This document shows, one piece after another, positions 58,933 through 64,000 of a DNA stretch of 64,000 bases. Source of the DNA: Gammaproteobacteria bacterium (GTDB lineage Bacteria; Pseudomonadota; Gammaproteobacteria; Pseudomonadales; Oleiphilaceae); NCBI GenBank assembly GCA_002747055.1, contig PDSQ01000028.1, positions 17,516 to 81,515 on the forward strand. The letters are read 5' to 3'. Under the pieces are notes generated by a model. It made no database searches and had not been told where the DNA came from. It was given only the letters and a program-made list of their open reading frames with translations. Made by a program: the position numbers and the translations under genes. How positions within the stretch are numbered: the first letter of the stretch is position 1; every line of letters begins with the position of its first letter.

Positions 58933-60393
58933 TCAAGCATGGAGCTGAAGCTGAATATGAAAGGTGGTGCCGACATTGATATCCGAGGTCACCGCCATCT
59001 GGCCGGGATGATGCTCAGTCATAATAAAGTGCGGGAATGACAGCCGCTTGCCTGCGTCATAATCGGCGTCTGACTTTTCGTTACCGAAATACGGCTCGAA
59101 TATATATTGCTGCTCGTCACTGGTCAGCCCTAAACCATTGTGCGAAATCTTGACCCAGAGCGCATCGTAACAGGCCAGAATCCGTACCCGAATGGTCGGA
59201 ATATAGCCTTCCCGGTCGACCTCACCAATGGCGTAGAAGCAATGCCGCAGCAAACTGAGAAACACTTGCTGAATCTCTGAAACAAAGCAAGGCAGCAAAG
59301 GCAGATCCTGATCGTAATCTCGCTCTATTGTCAGATCGGTAAACCGCAATCCGTGCGGTAAAGACAACACACTGCGCGCAAGCTCGATCGTGTGATCCAT
59401 TATCTCGGCCACATCCGACTCTTGCTTGGTCTCTTCATGAGAACTGGCGAAGTTAAGCAAGTTGGAAACAATAGCGACGGCATGCTTGCCCTGGCTAGCC
59501 ACATCGCTCAACTCTCTGTCAAGCTCAGCCAGCTGTCCTGCCAATTGTGCACAGGCGGCAGGGTGAACTTGATCCGAAATTCCTTTTAGTACCTGCTGAG
59601 CACGGGAAATATCGGACAAAATGGCCTGTACCGGTACATTGATATCATGCGCCATGGAAGAGGCAAGTTCACCCATCGCCGACATTTTATCACGCTGAAT
59701 CAACTTGTTTTCCGATTTAACCTGGTTGGTCATATCGACGATCAATATCACCACGCCCGGCTCGAGCGCGCCCTGCAACGGATAGATAGTAGTATCGTAG
59801 TGAAACAAGCCTCGCTGACTCTGTTTGAAATTCAATGTCAGTTTCTTTTCCAGCGCCTGCTTCACCTGGCTCTCGGTAACAGTGACAATCGGATAGGCGT
59901 CCCACAAATTTTTGCCGAGCGCGTCTTTGGCGGCAATCCCCGTGTTTTGTTCAGCTTTTTTGTTCCACTGAGTAATTTCACCCTTCGCATTCAGGCCCAC
60001 CAACATGGTTGGCATGGATTCCAAAACATTTTTGATGTAGGTCTCCGACGCATGCAGGCGATTGGTGGTTTCCAGGTGTTGATCGATCTCCTCTTTTAAC
60101 AATCGGTTAGATTCGTCCAAGGTTGCCGTGCGCTCCTGAACACGTATTTCAAGATCATTTTTGATGGCTTTGAGTTCAAGGTTGGCCCGGGTAGTTTCAG
60201 CCCGGCTGAGGAAAAGAATCACTGCAGTGATCGATAAAGCCGTTATCAGGACACCGCTGGACCAGTTGGCCACATACTGCCAATTGGTATGACCATCTGC
60301 CAGTTTGAACAGTTGGATAAAATCGGCAAACAACCCGAAATAATAAAGCACCAATGCAGCTATGACGGCCAGAAGCAGATATTTTTTCATCAT
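58933..60393 (-). CDS. Orphan PAS sensor histidine kinase-like protein with a degenerate ATPase domain
   Basis: TMs, 'RVQERT', PAS, H-box 'AHDINVP'; N/G1/G2 boxes altered. Confidence 0.82.
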   Translation of the reverse strand: MMKKYLLLAVIAALVLYYFGLFADFIQLFKLADGHTNWQYVANWSSGVLITALSITAVILFLSRAETTRANLELKAIKNDLEIRVQERTATLDESNRLLKEEIDQHLETTNRLHASETYIKNVLESMPTMLVGLNAKGEITQWNKKAEQNTGIAAKDALGKNLWDAYPIVTVTESQVKQALEKKLTLNFKQSQRGLFHYDTTIYPLQGALEPGVVILIVDMTNQVKSENKLIQRDKMSAMGELASSMAHDINVPVQAILSDISRAQQVLKGISDQVHPAACAQLAGQLAELDRELSDVASQGKHAVAIVSNLLNFASSHEETKQESDVAEIMDHTIELARSVLSLPHGLRFTDLTIERDYDQDLPLLPCFVSEIQQVFLSLLRHCFYAIGEVDREGYIPTIRVRILACYDALWVKISHNGLGLTSDEQQYIFEPYFGNEKSDADYDAGKRLSFPHFIMTEHHPGQMAVTSDINVGTTFHIQLQLHA

Positions 60394-60507
60394 TAGTCAG
60401 AATCTATGTAGGACGTTGAGAGGAGTGTATAACACCGGAAAAAGATCAGAAAGTTTCTTCGAAAAATTTTCTCGATTTCCTGAGCGATGAACAAAGCTGA
60501 ACCCTGA

Positions 60508-61506
60508 TTAGAGAATATCGGTCAATAACAGCCCCAACCCGATACGCTGGCTACGGTGGTTATAATCGATCAGGCTCTCAGCATAGCCATTGAAATACTG
60601 CACGTAGCCTTTTAATCGCCCCCACAGCGGAAAGCTCATATCCAGCTCCAGTGCGCCTTTGCCTTTATGACTCAAACGAGCCAGGGCCGAGTATTGCAAC
60701 CGATCCTGTTTGTATACCGCCATCAATTCAAAGTGGCCCATATAGTCCTCGATATCCGGATTATCATCCCCTTTCGCCTGAGGTGGTGTGCGCGGGTCAC
60801 CATCATCCGACTTTTCTTTCTCTTTCAGACGATACCAGGGCTGGATAAAAAGCATCCAATTGTGCCTTTGAAAGCCGATGCCGGCAAACACTCGGTTCCA
60901 ACTTCGGCTCAAATACTGAGTACGACCATTGGACTGGTGCTCCAGGCCAATGCGCGTGAACCAGACACCCCCCATAAACTCAGACTGAATCGGCGCCTGA
61001 TAGAAAACTTCTGGCTGATAGTTGGTCTCCCGGAACGGAGCGGAAATATCACCATTATAGACCTGCCAGAACGATTTCAATGTAAAGCCGAAATAAACAC
61101 CGTCATTAGGCGTCAGCAGATCCGTATAAGTCAATGGCACTTTCAAACTGATCTGGAGCTTGGCCTCCTGATTCTGAATCGGTTTATCCAGACCGGGATA
61201 TTCGGTCTGGAACCGGTACGGTGCCTGATTCGGCTTATCCATATAGGTGAAAGGTAAAATATAGTTCTGCCGGTGCGGGGTAATAACGAAATTGTTTTCT
61301 TCCGTCGCCTTTTCTTCGAGCAACCTCTCAGGCAATGCCACCCGGCTGCCAATCGAATCGCACTGGTTTTTTATCTCCGCCACCGTGACTTCATCAGCGG
61401 CACCGGCAACAGAATCAAGGACGCAGCGACTGCTTTGTTCAGAGGCGATCGCGATATCAGGTAAGAAAACGACGACACCAATTAGCCAAAAATTGTGCAT
61501 TCGCAT
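60508..61506 (-). CDS. pldA: Outer-membrane phospholipase A1 (OMPLA)
   Basis: 'SAPFRETNYQPE', catalytic 'HQSNG', 'SRSWNR', 'GYAESLIDYN'; start at MRMHNF. Confidence 0.93.
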   Translation of the reverse strand: MRMHNFWLIGVVVFLPDIAIASEQSSRCVLDSVAGAADEVTVAEIKNQCDSIGSRVALPERLLEEKATEENNFVITPHRQNYILPFTYMDKPNQAPYRFQTEYPGLDKPIQNQEAKLQISLKVPLTYTDLLTPNDGVYFGFTLKSFWQVYNGDISAPFRETNYQPEVFYQAPIQSEFMGGVWFTRIGLEHQSNGRTQYLSRSWNRVFAGIGFQRHNWMLFIQPWYRLKEKEKSDDGDPRTPPQAKGDDNPDIEDYMGHFELMAVYKQDRLQYSALARLSHKGKGALELDMSFPLWGRLKGYVQYFNGYAESLIDYNHRSQRIGLGLLLTDIL

Positions 61507-61564
61507 AGCGAAACCTCTAACAAACGTCCGATCAAGACGAACCCGGTGGGCCACGGTAGCCGGC

Positions 61565-63643
61565 TTAGGCGATTCGTTGCTGCGCGCTGTCATGAGCGAC
61601 CAGAACAATGACCGAGCGGGCGTGCAACAAATAGCGGGTTTGATCTTCCAAATTGATTGCATTTTCCATATCAACCACATCATCAGGGCTTGGCAGCGCG
61701 GTATCGATGACTCGATACCAGCGACCATACTCGGGATGAGGCAGCTCGAAAAGTGTATTCTGGTGATAAGCATTGACAGCAATATACACCAAATCATTGG
61801 CTTTTGGTTCCAGAATGACGGCAGCGATGCAATGGGAGTAGTCCGACCAATCCGGTTCAAATGGTTTAGTGCCATGCCATTGTATCTTCGTTCTGTCCAA
61901 TATATCTGCCAGTGTCGGGTGGGCTATTTTTTGCGTGCCGCGTCTCCGACGCCAATGAATCAGTTTTCTGGTAAAGCGCAAAATATCTTTGTTGTTTTCT
62001 ACCAAATCCCAGTCAAACCAGCTAATCGCATTGTCCTGACAATAAGCGTTATTGTTGCCGCGCTGGGTTCGGCAGACTTCGTCGCCCATGCTCAGCATTG
62101 GCGTCCCCATGGATATCATCAGAATAGTGATGAAATTTTTCATTTGACGCCGCCGCAGATCGTTAACGTCTTTCAGATTTGTTGGACCTTCAACCCCACA
62201 GTTCCAGCTAAGGTTGTTACTTTCGCCATCCTGGTTCGACTCACCGTTGGCTTCGTTGTGCTTGTCGTTATAACTGACCAGATCATTGAGAGTGAAACCA
62301 TCATGGGCTGTCACGAAATTCACCGACCTGTGCGGCGTGGCGCGTTGGTCATAATACAGTCGTGGCGAACCTATCATACTATCGGCAAAATTTCCGACCA
62401 CACCGGTGTCACCTTTAATAAAACGGCGTAAATGATCTCGATATCGGCCGTTCCACTCCTGCCAGCGACCACCGACAAAGCTGCCGACCTGATAAAGACC
62501 GGCGGCATCCCAGGCTTCGGCAATGATCTTGGTACCGGCTAGAATCGGATCGGTTTCGATCGACCAAAGTATCGGTGGATCACGCAAAACATGACCGGAT
62601 GAATCGCGAGCCAGAATGGAAGCCAGGTCAAAGCGAAAGCCGTCAATGTGCATATCCTGAACCCAATAGTTAAGGTTTTCACAAATCAATCGGCGGGCAA
62701 CGGAGGTATTGGCATTAAAGGTATTGCCGCAGCCACTGTAATTGGCGAACTGACGATTGTTATTGTCGAAAATGTAATAGGCATTGTTTTGCAAACCTTT
62801 GAAGCTCAGTGTTGGCCCTCCCCAGCCACCCTCTGTCGTGTGATTGAACACAACGTCCAGGTACACCTCGATCCCGGCTCGATGCAGTGCCTGAACCATG
62901 TTTCTGAATTCCCGGATCGCGCCAAGCGGCGTTTTATCCGAGCTGTAACCCTGATGGACAGCAAAAAAATTGATCGGGGAGTAACCCCAATAATTGGTCA
63001 AGCCGTCTTTTGGGCTATCCTGTGGGTCGAATTGCTGCACCGGAAGCAACTCGACTGCGGTCACACCCAACCCCTGTAAATAGGGTATTTTCTCGATGAC
63101 ACCGGCATAGGTGCCTCGTTTCTCCGGGCTGACTCCGGAAGAGGGGTGCGCCGTAAACCCTTTTACATGCATCTCGTATATGACTGTCTCTTCCAGCGGC
63201 CGTTTAATGGCTCCTTGGTCCTGCCATTGCATTCGGTCATCGACCACCACACTCTTCATGCACTGCGCTTCGTTGTCACCTTCTCTGATGGCAGCTTCGC
63301 GACTGTAGTTGGAACCCATGACTACCGCCTTGGAGTACGGATCCAGCAATACCTTTTGAGGCCGGAACAACAAGCCGCGATGCGGTTCGTAGGGGCCGCC
63401 GACACGGTAGCCGTACAACTGACCTGACTGCAGACCAGGCACGAAAATATGCCAGTAATCACCTGTCCTGTTAATCAAAGGATCCAGACGAATCACCCGC
63501 TCGGCTTTTTTGTCATTGGCATCATCGAATAAAAGAAGCTCGACAAAACTGGCATCCCGGGAAAAAAGTGAAAAATTGACTCCATCCGAGGAAATCCGGG
63601 AGCCGAGTGGAAACGTCCGGCCATTTTCACTAAGGTATGTCAT
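61565..63643 (-). CDS. glgX: Glycogen debranching enzyme/isoamylase (GH13)
   Basis: 'NYWGY', 'DVVFNHT', 'DGFRFDLA', 'IAEAWD', 'TAHDGFTL.D'. Confidence 0.95.
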   Translation of the reverse strand: MTYLSENGRTFPLGSRISSDGVNFSLFSRDASFVELLLFDDANDKKAERVIRLDPLINRTGDYWHIFVPGLQSGQLYGYRVGGPYEPHRGLLFRPQKVLLDPYSKAVVMGSNYSREAAIREGDNEAQCMKSVVVDDRMQWQDQGAIKRPLEETVIYEMHVKGFTAHPSSGVSPEKRGTYAGVIEKIPYLQGLGVTAVELLPVQQFDPQDSPKDGLTNYWGYSPINFFAVHQGYSSDKTPLGAIREFRNMVQALHRAGIEVYLDVVFNHTTEGGWGGPTLSFKGLQNNAYYIFDNNNRQFANYSGCGNTFNANTSVARRLICENLNYWVQDMHIDGFRFDLASILARDSSGHVLRDPPILWSIETDPILAGTKIIAEAWDAAGLYQVGSFVGGRWQEWNGRYRDHLRRFIKGDTGVVGNFADSMIGSPRLYYDQRATPHRSVNFVTAHDGFTLNDLVSYNDKHNEANGESNQDGESNNLSWNCGVEGPTNLKDVNDLRRRQMKNFITILMISMGTPMLSMGDEVCRTQRGNNNAYCQDNAISWFDWDLVENNKDILRFTRKLIHWRRRRGTQKIAHPTLADILDRTKIQWHGTKPFEPDWSDYSHCIAAVILEPKANDLVYIAVNAYHQNTLFELPHPEYGRWYRVIDTALPSPDDVVDMENAINLEDQTRYLLHARSVIVLVAHDSAQQRIA

Positions 63644-64000
63644 AGTTATTATTCTCGTTTATTTTTATTGCGTGTCGCGGCTGATTTGCAGTGCCGGAAT
63701 CACCTTTTCTAGGATTCAGCATACTAAGAAATCTGCTCGAAAACCAGTCAGAAAAGTATGTTATCGATCACCAGAAAACAACCGCCAATTCGGACTACAC
63801 TAATCAACATCAAGAAGCACAACAATCGGTCATCATTTGGAATATCGACTATGAGGTTTTATAGACTATCAGGTTTCAGATGGGTGTGTTACCCAATCGT
63901 ATCGTTATTGCTCTTACTCTGTCTGCCAATTGAAGCCGCAATTGACAAAAAACAGGTTGAAGCCCGAATAAAACAGCTTGAGCAAGAATCCGTATTGAGC

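Overview
A gene-dense, roughly 50% GC chromosomal window that looks like a marine Gammaproteobacterium (inferred from gene content only). I found no rRNA, tRNA, CRISPR array or intact transposase/integrase. From left to right: a heme-uptake operon (TonB receptor cut by the window edge, double-HmuY lipoprotein, HemS, MBL hydrolase); a mosaic accessory stretch with a type III R-M system; MCP, membrane pyrophosphatase, cardiolipin synthase, a PlpD-like patatin and a dead-M23/DUF4214 surface protein; an iron locus at about 26.1-32.3 kb; csp, slyD, ahpCF-oxyR, SulP, metY, folE-folX; two GGDEF-EAL proteins flanking orphan binding proteins; an RNase II/R-family enzyme, GST, a degenerate histidine kinase, pldA and glgX. 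The best candidate system is the 26.1-32.3 kb locus. It encodes a P1B-6 ATPase (DYSC/HNxxT) with four GxxxG membrane proteins and an HMA-His-TM protein, which matches the ferrosome (iron-storage organelle) fez architecture. It also has extra features: His/Pro/Tyr-rich low-complexity extensions, a convergent fezC-like gene, three additional co-located small proteins and several Fur-like boxes. The second-best signal is a 58-bp diverged duplicate of the mod 3' end 6.2 kb downstream, which brackets res and cargo genes like an integration scar. All family assignments are from motif recognition by eye, not database searches.
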